A stretch of 64,000 bases of DNA from Eledone cirrhosa (lineage: Eukaryota). Positions 12,698-25,849 of this stretch are shown piece after piece. A program made the position numbers and the translations under genes. The notes under the pieces were generated by a model that worked only from the letters and a program-made list of their open reading frames with translations, searched no databases and was not told the origin of the DNA. The stretch lies in the NCBI GenBank assembly GCA_964016885.1, contig OZ024741.1, positions 228,098,001-228,162,000 on the forward strand. Direction: 5' to 3'. Numbering within the stretch: the stretch's first letter is position 1; each line of letters opens with the position of its first letter.

Positions 12698-12804
12698 GAC
12701 TACTACTACTACCACAACCTCCCACTACTACTATTACCACCACAGCCTCTACTACTACTTCTACTACTACTACTAGTACTACTACTACTACTACTACTAC
12801 GACG

Positions 12805-12842
<38 letters not shown>

Positions 12843-12878
12843 CACAACCTCCCACTACTACTATTACCACCACAGCCT

Positions 12879-12912
<34 letters not shown>

Positions 12913-13033
12913 CACAACCTCCCACTACTACTATTACCACCACAGCCTCTACTACTACTTCTACTACTACTACTACTACGACTACTACTACTACTACCAC
13001 AACCTCCCACTACTACTATTACCACCACAGCCT

Positions 13034-13085
<52 letters not shown>

Positions 13086-13133
13086 CACAACCTCCCACTA
13101 CTACTATTACCACCACAGCCTCTACTACTACTT

Positions 13134-13176
<43 letters not shown>

Positions 13177-13257
13177 GACTACTACTACTACCACAACCTC
13201 CCACTACTACTATTACCACCACAGCTTCTACTACTACTACTACTACTACTACTACTA
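12546..13257. repeat. Compound (CTA)n microsatellite with a recurring ~35-bp interrupter
   Basis: CCACAACCTCCCACTACTACTATTACCACCACAGCCT occurs about 7 times among CTA runs. Confidence 0.93.
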
Positions 13258-13329
13258 GAAAGACTAAAGGTTATAAAAGTAATATCAACAAGCACAACAA
13301 TATTCAAGCAAACAACGAAACGGCGGTCT

Positions 13330-13355
13330 TGTTGCTGGTGTTGTTGTTGTTGTTG

Positions 13356-13423
<68 letters not shown>

Positions 13424-13452
13424 GATGATCTTCCTGTTGCTGCAGCTGCTGC
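13330..13452. repeat. (GTT)n(GCT)n microsatellite
   Basis: Direct reading. Confidence 0.9.
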
Positions 13453-13587
13453 CTTCGTCTGTAAAGTTCTATTAGCTTGGCTGATGATTTTAATGAAGAA
13501 AGAAGAATTATATTGATCGACCATTCTTTTTGAAATTGGACGAAAATAATATTTTTATTCTCTTTGTTGTAGTGCTAGTGGTTCTGG

Positions 13588-14346
13588 TGTATGTATGTAT
13601 GTGTGTGTGTATGTATGTGTGTGTATGTATGCATGTATGTTTGTATGCATGTGTGTATGTATGTGTGTGTATGTATCTGTGTGCAGGTATGTATGCATGT
13701 ATGTAGATATGTATGTGTGTATGCATGTATGTATGTGTGTATGCGTGTATGTGTGTATATTTGCATGAATGTATGTATGTGTGTATGCATGTATGTATGA
13801 ATGTGTATGTATGTATTTATGTTTGTATGTGTGTATGTATGTAAGTGTGTATGTATGTATTTATGTATGTATGTATTTATCGCGTGTGTGTATGTATGCA
13901 TGTATTTATGTATGTATATATGTATATATTGTATGCATGTATGTATATATGTATTTATTGTATGTGTGTATGCATGCATGCATTTATCTTTATATGTATT
14001 TATGTTTGTATGTATTATGTATTTATGTATGTATGTATATCTGTATGTGTGTATGTATGTACTTATGTATGTATGTCTTTATTTATGTGTCTATGTATGT
14101 ATGTATATATGTATTTATTGTATGTGTGTATGTTTGTATGTATGTATATATGTATTTATTGTATGTCTGTATGTATGTTTATGTATGTATGTATTTATGC
14201 TTGTATGTATTTATTGTATGTGTGTATGTATCTATGTATGTATGTATATATGTATGTATTTATGCTTGTATGTATGTATGTATGTATGTATGTATGTATG
14301 TATGTATGTATGTATGTATGTATGTATGTTTCTGTGTGTGTATGTA
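13588..14346. repeat. Degenerate (TATG)n/(TG)n tract
   Basis: Direct reading. Confidence 0.93.
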
Positions 14347-14782
14347 TAATTTTATATTCAACTTTGTGAATAATAAGCCTCGCTGGTTACAGGTTTCCAA
14401 CGGGCCAATCACTGGTTCACTGCATTTCCGATTGCGAGACTGACAAAAGATTGTCTGCGCAACTCGGTGATGCTGATTGCCGGTGGTGGGGAATAAATAC
14501 AACAAGGTATTTTTGTTCGAATGCATTTTTTATTGACTTTTTTTCAGATATATATAAATCTTTACAACTATACATACATACATACAGATATATATATGGA
14601 GTTGCGGCCGATAGATAGTATTAGCAATTGGAAAGATTGTTTCCTCGGTCCGATTTGACGAAAGTCGATCGACAAAATAAGAAAAATATATATATATATA
14701 TCGATATAGCACATACGTACATGTGTATATGTATATATGTGTGTGTATATATATATACATATCTGTATATATATATATATAT

Positions 14783-15200
14783 ATTAGTAAAAGGAAAAGA
14801 AAATGCTGACAAATTTTTCCCAGTGAAAAATAGTTTAATTAGGTATAAGTATAAATTAGTAATAAGTATTGGTTAGTATTCAGTTTTAGTTTTAAGTTTT
14901 TACCGGTTGCGCATTTCTAATGCTTTTCAAAAATAATTTTGAGATAGAGCGCTCGCGATGTTTGCTCTAAACCGATTAATCAGATTAGAGCAAACATCGC
15001 GAGCGCTCTATCTCAAAATTATTTTTGAAAAGCATTAAAAATGCGCAACCGGTAAAAACTTAAAACTAAAACTGAATACTAACCAATACTTATTACTAAT
15101 TTATACTGATTCCTAATTAAACTATTTTTCACTGGGAAAATTTGTCAGCATTTTCTTTTCCTTTTACTAATGTATCACAACTCGTGTGTTACACGTCTAT
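14783..15200. mobile_element. Foldback element with ~187-bp inverted arms (14783-14969 / 14985-15171), in TA-rich flanks
   Basis: Arms are near-perfect reverse complements with a ~15 bp spacer; degenerate HHR-like motif at 15022-15057. Confidence 0.85.
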
Positions 15201-15242
15201 TTTTTTAAATATATATATATATGTGTGTGTGTGTGTTCGCGC

Positions 15243-15274
<32 letters not shown>

Positions 15275-15349
15275 ATGCATACTTACTTTTACATATATAG
15301 ATATACAATGATATTAAATGAATGGAAACTATATTTATAAAACCATATT

Positions 15350-15414
15350 TATTTTATTATATATATTTCAAGGGCAACCAAGACAACATTGGTACGCTTT
15401 CATCAGATAAAATA
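15350..15414 (-). ncRNA. Type-I hammerhead ribozyme (PLE-1 inverted pLTR)
   Basis: Reverse complement of the 18219-18283 motif. Confidence 0.85.
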
Positions 15415-18218
15415 CAAAGTTTGTTTTATAAATAGAGACGTACCCATGGAAATCATACCTTATCGGTTGGAAATTCACTGGGTAGTGGAGATATATTAGG
15501 GATTATTCAAACTTATGTGTGAATATGCAAATGAATATGTAAATAATTGAAAAACAACCGTTTATTTAAATGACATTAAATAAAGATAGAGAAGAAAGAG
15601 AGAGCGAAAAAAATATTAATATTACGAGAGAAATAGAGAGAAGGAATTAACATGAGGATGAATGTTGTCTTGGTTCCCTTGAAATATATATAATAAAATA
15701 AATATGGTTTTATAAATATAGTTTCCATTCATTTAATATCATTGAATATTTACTCCAGTATACTGTTGAGTGCTCTAAATCAGTTATAAACATTTGTTTG
15801 TCGGACTTCCAACAAATTAAATACAACTTCTACTTATAAATAATGTTGAGCACTTTAAATTATAACTGATTGCTAAATAATGTTGAGTACTTTAAATTAT
15901 AACTGATTGCTAAATAATGGAATTCTTTAGGATTTCTTCTTCTCTAAAAGATGTACCTTTACCTAAGAATAAGGACTATCTTAAACAACTCATTGAGAAA
16001 TCTGACTCCTTTATATGAAGACTTAGATGGCGTGCCTTTCATTTCAATAGAAAATCAGATGAAAAAACAAATAAACTTCGATATGATCTTCAAATCCAAG
16101 AAAAATCCACCTAACAACAAACTATTAATGGAATTTGAAAATGAAATAATATCAATTATACAAAACATCAAATTTAAGAAAAAACAATTTGCAGGCCAGG
16201 AATACCTTAAAGGCCTTAAGAATAATATAGACAATCTTGAAAAAACTAAGAAAATCCTCGTAAAATCTGACAAAACTAACAATCTATACGGAATGCAAAA
16301 GGACGAATACAATAACCTTATATTGAAAGAATTAAGGAAAAACTACAAAATAACAACCAATGAAAATCTGGAAATGGTAAATAGAGAAGCTTCTGAAATA
16401 ATTCATAAATTAGGCATTGAAAATAGGACCGAACCCTTTATACCTAGAAAACCAAAAATTAACCTGAAAGACCACAAAAGAAACTTTGAAATTGAACTAC
16501 CATTAGACTTATAGCACCATCTAAATCAGACTTAGGCATAGTTAGTAAACATATATTAAATAGAATCATACCGCAACTTAAAGAAATATCTCACCTAAAA
16601 CTATGGATCGGTACTAATGAAGTTATAGATTGATTCAATAACATAAAATTTAAACATAACAAAAAATTCATTCAATTGGATATTGCAAATTACTACTCCT
16701 TCATTTCTCCTAATTTACTTAATAAAGCCCTTATCTATGCATCTAAACATACAGATTTATCTAGCGAAGAAATGCATATCATTTTAACCGCACGGAAAAC
16801 TTTAATTGAATTCAATAATCATCTCTGGAAAGAAAAATAATTTTGATATCACCATGGGGTCATCGGTCTCGGCGCAAATAACGGATCTTGTGGGCCTATT
16901 TATTACATTGAAAAATACCAGAGATGACCGGTGGTTTATATCGTGATGACATGCTGCTTTTAATTGAAAATAATAGTAATTGTGAAATTAATAGAAAAAG
17001 AAAATCAGTAATACAATTTTTCAATAGCTACAATATTAAATTAGAAATAGAGAATAACTATAAAATTGTTAACTTTTTAAACGTAACATTAAACCTTAAC
17101 ACAGGGTTCTACTATCCATTCCATAAAATTAATGAGAATCTAAACTATGTAAGTTTTACCTCTAATCATCCTAGATCTATCAAGAACACTATTGTAAATT
17201 CTATCCAACAACGTATTTCACGCATCTCTGCTAATAAAAACATTTTTGACGATAAGGCAGGATATTATAATGAAGCTTTAAATAGAACAGGCTATATAAA
17301 TAAGATTAAATACATCGACAACAGTGATAAGGCAAATAACCTTACTATTAATTATAATTACAATAAAAAAAATCTAACTTAAACTCTAAAACTAACAGAA
17401 GAAATAGAACTAGAAATATTATTTGGTACTCACCACCATTCTCATTAAGCATTAAAACACCTTTAGCAAAGCTATTCTTCAAAGCACTAGATAAATGTTT
17501 CCTAAAGCCCATAGATACCACTCAATCTTTAACAGACATACAATAAAACTATCTTACTCTACTACTATGAACATAGCACAAAATATAAATAGAATCAATA
17601 ATAGAAATTTAAACCATAACCAAAATAGCAGTAATATCTCTAGCAATATCCACCATAATAGTACCGTTCCGAATAACATCAACTCCGCCATCTATCCATT
17701 TATCTATCCATTTATCTATCCATTTATCTATCTATTTATCTATTTATCTATTTATTGATTTATTTTTTTATTTATTTTTCGATTTATTTTTCGATTTATT
17801 TTTTGATTTATTTTTCGATTTATTTTTCTATCTATTTATTTTTCTATCTACTCATAACAGTAAATATTATATTAAAAATAATTTTTTAACAACTAAATAT
17901 TCGTAAATATACGTACCATTGGTAGATATATACTTAAAAGTTTCCCCCATATTAACGTTACATGACATCTATTCATCCTCATGTTAATTTCTTCTCTCTA
18001 TTTCTCTCGTAATATTAATATTTTTTCGCTCTCTCTTTCTTCTCTATCTTTCTCCGGTGTCATTTAAATAAACGGTTGTTTTCCAATTATTTACATATTC
18101 ATTTGCATATTCACACATAAGTTTTAATAATACCTAATATATTTCCACTACCCAGTGAATTTCCAACCGATAAGGTATGATTTTCATGGGTATGTCTCTA
18201 TTTATAAAACAAACTTTG

Positions 18219-18283
18219 TATTTTATCTGATGAAAGCGTACCAATGTTGTCTTGGTTGCCCTTGAAATATATATAATAAAATA
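18219..18283 (+). ncRNA. Minimal type-I hammerhead ribozyme
   Basis: Stem I TATTTTAT/ATAAAATA, core CTGATGA, stem II AAGCGTACCAA..TTGGTTGCCCTT, GAAA, palindromic TATATA stem III, AUA cleavage triplet. Confidence 0.88.
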
Positions 18284-19344
18284 AATATGGTTTTATAAAT
18301 ATAGTTTCCATTCATTTAATATCATTGAATATTTACTCCAGTAATCTATTGAGTGCTCTAAATCAATTATAAACTTTTATGTACCTCGGACTTCCAACAA
18401 ATTAAATACAACTTCTACTTATATATATATATATATATTTACACGTATACATGTTTGCTTAAATGTATACGCATGTGCATATGTATATGCATTTATATAT
18501 GTGTGTGCGTGTGCGTGTGTGTATGCGTGTGTGTGTATGTGTGTGTATTTGCATATGTATATGTACTTATGTATATATTTTTTTGACTGTGTGCACGTGC
18601 GTATGTATGTGTGTGTATGCCTGTCTGGGTGTATGTCTATGTGTAGGTGTACGTGTGTGTATAACTGAGTTCTGCCAAGTTCCAAATGCCTAAAACATGC
18701 CTGTACAACCTATCAGGAGTTAAGGGCTCATGTATGCATAATAATATTCACTCCTGGGTGTATAACTGCATAAAACTACACATATAAACATCTACCTAAA
18801 CATTCTTAGCTCTTTATCTTAACATCTAGTAATTTTAATGTGATGCAGTCAATTGAGGTTTTCTATCTAGAGTGGCTTCCCACGCTGTTTCCGTCTACAA
18901 AATTTCCTCCAAATGGCTTTAAACAACTCCAGATTAAGGTAAAGGTGTCATGTAGTAAGGTCATAGCACAGTCAATATATATTTCTTGTTTATGACATTC
19001 AATACAGCTTCTTAAAGTAATTAAAGAAACAAATGTCATTTGTCCCTTTCAGTTATTATTTATGGTAATTACCGTTAGTTAAAACGCATTAAACTGTTTC
19101 TGTATATATAAAAATGTCAAACATTACTCTAGAGTTAAGTCACATCTATACTAAACTGATGAGGAGAAATTGAATCCGAAACACTGTGATCATCCTTGTC
19201 CCTTTCCCCAAGAATGTTAAAGCAATCAAGAATATATTCGTAATTTCATTAAATAGACATCTTACGCCTTTTCCTTTCCTTCTGTGTCCCAGAAATATTT
19301 GTCAATAAATTAAGTATCCATTGTTTATAGCCTTCTGTTATATA

Positions 19345-19373
19345 TGTGTATGTGTGTGAGTGTGTGTGCGTGC

Positions 19374-19451
<78 letters not shown>

Positions 19452-19468
19452 TGTGTGTGTGTGTGCGT

Positions 19469-19518
<50 letters not shown>

Positions 19519-19545
19519 GCGTGTATGTGTGTGTGTATGTGTAAA
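19345..19545. repeat. (TG)n microsatellite
   Basis: Direct reading. Confidence 0.93.
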
Positions 19546-20171
19546 TATACACAGTAAGGTATTTATGTACGCTAAATTTAAGGTGGCATATCTGTCGGAT
19601 CGTCTAAGAATAGTGGTTTATACAGTTGTCCAGTATACAGCAGATGCGTGGTTCGATTCTGATAGACAATTCTGTGCGGTTTTCTGTTATATATATATAT
19701 ATATCCCCAACCCTTTCCCCACTAACACCTCTAACACACTTCCCCTTTCACCCCCCCCCCGCCCCCACCACCACCACCACCAACACCACCACGAGAAATG
19801 GTGGCAGGATAGATGCCAACACACACAGATCCATCTAAAATCAGCAGCAGCTGGAATTAAGCTGACTCCAACACCAACACCGCTACCAACATAAGAGTAG
19901 AGGTCAGATGTACTTAACAATAACAATAACAACCACTACAGATTCCCTCGCCTCAGAACGAATTTCTATAGAATTTTGACTGAGGAATGTTCTCACAACT
20001 GACTAATGGGAGGAGAGGATGTCCTTTGACGCTGAAATTCGTTTGTTTAAATTCATATGATTCCAGTTCCTCAGTGAAATAACAACCCAACCAGGAACTG
20101 AGCATATCAGAGTATTGACAAAGTTAAACACCTCAACAACATGTGTACTCGTCTCTACCACACTAATTCGA

Positions 20172-20226
20172 ACTGCCTGAAGAAGTCACAGCCAAAGATG
20201 GCTGTCACGGAAATATATATAGCAGT
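20172..20226 (+). ncRNA. Minimal type-I hammerhead ribozyme in a pLTR remnant (~19940-20260)
   Basis: ACTGC-CTGAAGA-[ACAGCCA aaga TGGCTGT]-GAAA-TATATA-TA-GCAGT. Confidence 0.85.
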
Positions 20227-20301
20227 AATAAACGAAGCCAAATTTTAAATATTTGACTTATTTATTTTATTTTATTTTATTTTATATATATATATATATA
20301 T

Positions 20302-20378
<77 letters not shown>

Positions 20379-20583
20379 CACAGAGATATGTGTTCAATCA
20401 TAGGGGATCAAAACGTCCAGAGTGACAAACATATTAACTACGGAAGGAATGGTGAATACAAATCAATTAAAAGAATATATTAAAGTCTACTAACATTTTT
20501 ATGATAGCTCTAAATCGTAGGTATGAGAATTTTATGACACATTAATGACATGATACTTAAAATATATTTCTATGACAGTTTAC

Positions 20584-20662
<79 letters not shown>

Positions 20663-20799
20663 AGTGAAACTTAGTACGGCTAAACTTAATATATATACAC
20701 TCGGCTTTAACATAGAATACTCATATTGGTAGCACTTCCAGTAATCCACAAAATTCACAAATAACCTAAACTATATGTACGTATATATATATATACATA

Positions 20800-21120
20800 T
20801 ATATAACCAAAGATTAATATCGTTCATTGATTACTCAATTAATATAGTTTAACAATAGATTAAAAGCACTCTACAAAGAAGTTGTCTGGAGTTATTAATA
20901 TTATTCAAAATATTAATAAATGAAGACGTTCACATAATCAAAATATTTGTTTTATTATATATATTTCGAAGATACTGTGTTGTTTTTTCAGTACGTCCTC
21001 GTCAGATAAAATACATGAATTGATATATGACATACCTCAACTGTCTTGATGGTTCAATTCCAGTATTGGCAGTGATTTATTACAACAAATCTCAATATTT
21101 ATATACCACAAATAATAACA
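20800..21120 (-). mobile_element. PLE pLTR remnant related to PLE-1, ending in (TA)n
   Basis: Contains an HHR; 3' region layout similar to PLE-1 and the 61717 element. Confidence 0.65.
20948..21013 (-). ncRNA. Type-I hammerhead ribozyme
   Basis: Minus strand: TATTTTAT-CTGACGA-GGACGTACTG..CAGTATCTTC-GAAA-TATATA-TA-ATAAAACA. Confidence 0.82.
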
Positions 21121-22209
21121 TGATAAACTTAAATATGATGAAGAAGAGGATGTGGAGCGAGATATAAGTATAAGGAGGGGTGATTATGAGAAAATGCAAA
21201 AAGTAATAAATAAACACATACATAAATATTTAAATGCGTAAATATCCGTGTTAGGGAAGAAAAAGAAAGAGAGATAGATATATAGAAGAGAAGAAAGAAG
21301 AAGAGAGAAGAAAGAAGAGAAGAGATAAGAAAGAGAGAGAGAGAGAGATGAGAGAAGATTAAATACGTAACTGCAAAAAGGAAAGAAAGAAAGAAAGAAG
21401 GAATAAAGAGACCAATTAAATACCATGAAATTTTTAATATCTTTTGTATTTGGTTATGTTTAAGCTAATTATACTAATATATCAAAATTAAACAATATAA
21501 AATATTTTCTATAATAATGAGAAGCATAGTTTAATTAACATATACATATTAAATATTTTGTTACAAAATCCAAAAACATTTTTATCTATAAAGCAAGTTT
21601 ACATACCTATTAAATATGTATAAGAATATTTACCACAACCTATGCGCATATACTATCGGTATATGCATTTTATATAATGTTTAGAATTATTATCTGAATT
21701 ATTCTTTTTCCATTATAAAAACAGTTCAATTCATTAGTTGTCATTTACTTATAGTAGTTATATTTACTCTTAAAAGTATTATTATTTCGATTTTACTTCT
21801 GTAACTACATCTTAATATATGTAGTTTCCCTTAGAGGATTTTTGTATATTATTAAACTGTATAAATCATGTTAAATATACATTATTAATCCATTTGGATA
21901 GAAGGAAAATTAATTATGAAGAATGTAAGCAAAGGAAGATAATCCGTACAACTTATGTGATCATTTATAATATATAAAGTGCTTTGAAAGCCAAAAGATA
22001 TTTCAAACCGCAAATTCAGAAATTTCTAGTTATACAATGACCATTCTAAATCCGAACTTAGGATACCATGAGATTAATTTACTATATAAAAACGATATAC
22101 ACTTTTTAAGGTAAGGCAACACATTATATATATAGTAATAATAATAATATTTCAAGAATTATTAATAATAGTCAATATTTTTTTCTAAATTTGTATAATG
22201 CTTGAAACG

Positions 22210-22271
<62 letters not shown>

Positions 22272-22278
<7 letters not shown>

Positions 22279-23241
22279 TTGTTGCTCTGAAATAGCTATA
22301 TATATATGAATGTATATATAGTGTATTTTGCAATACAATGTATGCTTAATAAAAAGCATTTTGAAGACCTTATGCTATTGTTTTAGAGTAGTGACAGACT
22401 CACTTACTTTAATTTCAGCAAACAGGGGGAGATAAAGCTGACAAGGCCTTGTTTCTGCATTTTTTTATGCTTATCAAAGCCAACTACTCCTCCCGTTTGC
22501 TGAGAACCTGGATGTTTTGGTTCTTATAGAATTCTAGTAAATAATCAGGAACTGATTATACAGAGCGGTTGCCGGTCAAGCAGAAATTAAAAATTAGAAT
22601 TGTTGCTCTGAAATAGCTATATATATATGAATGTATATATAGTGTATTTTGCAATACACTGTATGCTTAATAAAAAGCATTTTGAAAACCTTATGCTATT
22701 GTTTTAGAGTAGTGACAGACTCACTTACTTTAATTTCAGCAAACAGGGGGAGATAAAGCTGACAAGGCCTTGTTTCTGCATTTATTGATTCTTATCAAAG
22801 CCAACCCCCTGTTTGCTGAAATTAAAGTAAGTGAATCTGTCACTACTCTAAAACAATAGCATAAGGTCTTCAAAATGCTTTTTATTAAGCATACAGTGTA
22901 TTGCAAAATACACTATATATACATTCATATATATATAGCTATTTCAGAGCAACAATTCTAATTTTTAATTTCTGCTTGACCGGCAACCGCTCTGTATAAT
23001 CAGTTCCTGATTATTTACTAGAATTCTATAAGAACCAAAACATCCAGGTTCTCAGCAAACGGGAGGAGTAGTTGGCTTTGATAAGCATCAATAAATGCAG
23101 AAACAAGGCCTTGTCAGCTTTATATCCCCCTGTTTGCTGAAATTAAAGTAAGTGAGTCTGTCACTCTAAAACAATAGCATAAGGTCTTCAAAATTCTTTT
23201 TATTAAGCATACAGTGTATTGCAAAATACACTATATATACA

Positions 23242-23246
<5 letters not shown>
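22272..23246. mobile_element. Non-coding ~320-bp-unit tandem + foldback element carrying a hammerhead motif (retrozyme-like), in (TA)n
   Basis: Unit 22272-22591, partial repeat 22592-22805, inverted ~1.4 units 22805-23246; HHRs at 22436-22481(-), 22757-22802(-), 23074-23119(+). Confidence 0.85.
23074..23119 (+). ncRNA. Variant hammerhead ribozyme (U3:A8 core)
   Basis: GGCT-TTGATAA-GCAT caataa ATGC-A-GAAA-CAAGGCCTTG-TC-AGCT; GUC cleavage triplet. Confidence 0.72.
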
Positions 23247-23301
<55 letters not shown>

Positions 23302-23402
23302 CAACACAATATAATATCACATTTCCCAAGGTTTCACGAAATTAGATGATTTTAACAGAAACGTCTAGTTCGTTTATTGATGAAATATTTATGTTATGGA
23401 TA

Positions 23403-25214
23403 CTAGCTGACGTACCCAGCTTCTCCCGGGTAAACAGATGATAAGAGAAGACAGGTAAAAGAGAAAATGACTGTATTGAATGTTTGTCTGGTTACAGTAT
23501 GAGGCGAGTCCATGGTGTATGTGTGATACAAAAAACAGTAATGAAAATCTTCCAGATATACCAGATTCTTCGTTGTACCGTTTGTGCATAGTATATGAAC
23601 AATTCTAGGTGCTCCCACCTAGAATAGTGACCTCTATGAGATGGTTCATCTTCTGCCTGACTGTAAAACGTGTATCATTGCATAGACGTGGTTGTTCCGC
23701 GTTTCTCAAAAGGATGATGGAAGCTCCAATATTTTATATTATATGTAGATATAGATATAGATAATTAATATAAAAGATGTCAGTCAATGTAAAAAAGGTT
23801 CCTATTCACTATAATCTGGATCGTTAACGTAAATTTGAGCGATTCGAGGCCTCTCTCCTGGGGTTACTTCTAAATTACCGATACAATGATACAAACGGCT
23901 TTGAATGAATATATTCAGTTGCCATGCTCCACTCTCAAACATCTCACTAACTCTCTGCGATGCTAAAGCTAATGAATTGTTAATTTGCCGCGAATATTTG
24001 CGCAGTAATCTACCTCGGTCTCCTTGATCACCCCACATACTTCGTATTTTAAACTCCGGTGACTCCTCATCATCCTGCATTCGCAAGGGTTCTAGTTGAA
24101 CTGCTCCTTTATGACAGCACATTGTGGTCCACGTCTTTTCGTGCCTCCAAAGCAATGCCCCACAATGTGGACACTCTGCTCGTCCATCAATCTGAAAATG
24201 ACACGGTTGCCATAATCCATTTTTAATATCATCCGTTCGCCTTCTAGCCTCTTTACTGGAATGAGAAGCACTTTGGCGACACATTCTCTGGACTTCTGTA
24301 TTGCGCTGACGCTGTTCAGCCAGCTCCTCTTCATCCATCGCAGCACGTCGTTGCTGCTGAATTCCGGCCATCTGCTGATGATGCTCAGCCAGTTTGTCTT
24401 CAACCATCGCAGCACGCGGTCGCTGCTTGGCTCCAGTGTTTCGTTAGCGTTGTTCAGCCAGCTCCTCTTCATTCATGGCGGCACGTCTTCGCCTCTGAAG
24501 TTCGGCGTTCCGATGGCGCTGTTCGACCCGTTTTTTTTCATTCCTGGCTGCACGCCGTCGCCGCTGTAGTTCACTGTTTGATAAAGTCGAATTGCTTTTA
24601 TTATCAGTATTCATTTCGGCAATTCTCAAAAAATGACACAATAATAAATATAAAAGATGTCCGTCAATGAAAAAATAGGTCCCTATTTACTCCCTTCACA
24701 ACTCTGTGTATGTTAGACTGACAGACAGGCTCAGTCTGATAAACTGCGTGGCAATTGTGGAACGCCGCACGTACACACACATACACGCATGGAAACGCGT
24801 ACACGCTCGCAACTTACACCCGCACACGTGCACTTACACACACGCACACACTTACACATGTTGATAGTTTTTACTTTCTGTGGAACGCTGCACGCACGCA
24901 CGCACGCACACACACATAAGCATACGCGCACGTACATGCACACGCACACATGTTAATAGTTATTGCTTTCCTTCCCCTCTTATTTCCACACACATCACAC
25001 ACACACATGTCTCTACACTGACACATATACATATACAGCGTTCACTTTGCCTCACTGTTTCTTACTCTCCCCTCTCACTCCCTCATTGGCATTATGCATA
25101 TTAATTTAAGTTTGGCGTCGTTGAGGTGGGCGGAGTCGTTTGAAACCTATGAACCAATGATAATCGAGAATTATGACACACGTAATACTGACATTGTTGA
25201 AATTAATATATAGA
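23403..25214 (-). mobile_element. Internally deleted Helitron
   Basis: Minus strand starts A|TCTATATAT and ends with hairpin CCCGGGAGAAGCTGGG..GCTAG|T; Rep N-terminal remnant 23802-24407 (CPHCGALLW..MCCHKGAV..NNSLALAS..RLYHCIG..AQIYVNDP); Pif1 helicase remnant ~23540-23725 (IILLRN..RLCNDTR, TKNLVY). Confidence 0.88.
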
Positions 25215-25232
25215 TATGATATACAAATAAGA

Positions 25233-25306
25233 TATTTCATCTGGTGAACGAACTAGACGTTTCTGTTAGAATCGTCTAATTTCGTGAAACCTTGGGTAAT
25301 GGAATA
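25233..25306 (+). ncRNA. Hammerhead ribozyme with A6G core change and a long stem II
   Basis: TATTTCAT-CTGGTGA-ACGAACTAGACG..CGTCTAATTTCGT-GAAA-CCTTGGG-TA-ATGGAATA. Confidence 0.7.
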
Positions 25307-25382
25307 ATTCTATTGTGTTGTTTATTATATAATTAAATAGAAATAGCCCTGCACTGTACATAAGCACTCTTCTTTCCTTTCC

Positions 25383-25472
<90 letters not shown>

Positions 25473-25849
25473 AGAGATAAAGGCAAAACCATCCAACAAT
25501 GTGAATTGTCATAGTATTCTAAGTAACATGTCATTAATATGTCATAAAATCCTCATAGCTACGATTTAGAGCTATCACAAAAATGCTAATATATGTTTTT
25601 GCAGAAGCGTCGTTGATATTTCATTGAACCGTCTTATAACTGCCGTATATGCAGCATAGAGGTACCATAGAGCTATCATAGATATGCCATATAACTGTCA
25701 TAGATTGGAAATAGATTTCTCATAAGTCATAAAAGTATCCTCAGAATTGTTCTTGATGTCTCCAAGGGATTTTTTTAGAACTTTCATAGGGTGTTAGGCA
25801 TTATTTAGAAACCATCTGCATTTTAGCTGTCATATTATTAGTAACCTTA

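Larger units (their letters stand above)
15307..18420 (+). mobile_element. Penelope-like element PLE-1 (Hydra-clade-like): inverted pLTR 15307-15663, partial pLTR 15661-15834, decayed RT ORF ~15918-17620, 3' pLTR ~17970-18420
   Basis: N-terminal SLKDVPLP..RLRWRA, VKSDKTNNLY, FDITMGS, GLYRDDML, VNFLNVTLNL, SNHP; no GIY-YIG visible; ends in (TA)n. Confidence 0.87.
23294..25326. mobile_element. Short foldback pLTR element (arms 23294-23390 / 25230-25326) split at its centre by a Helitron
   Basis: Arms are diverged reverse complements; HHR in the right arm. Confidence 0.72.

Noticed and set aside
12546-13257. CRISPR-like repeat/spacer look
   Set aside because: Spacers are CTA runs; eukaryotic context with no cas genes
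12403-14443. Long ORFs rich in T/Y/L/V or YVCM repeats
   Set aside because: Translations of CTA, GCT and TATG microsatellites
15918-17620. In-frame TGA codons in PLE-1 as selenocysteine recoding (as in Naiad PLEs)
   Set aside because: They coexist with frameshifts, fall at Arg/Trp positions, and no SECIS or N-terminal GIY-YIG was seen; simple decay
19150-19195. CTGATGA-GGA..TCC-GAAA hammerhead-like core
   Set aside because: No convincing stem I or NUH pairing; at best a decayed relic
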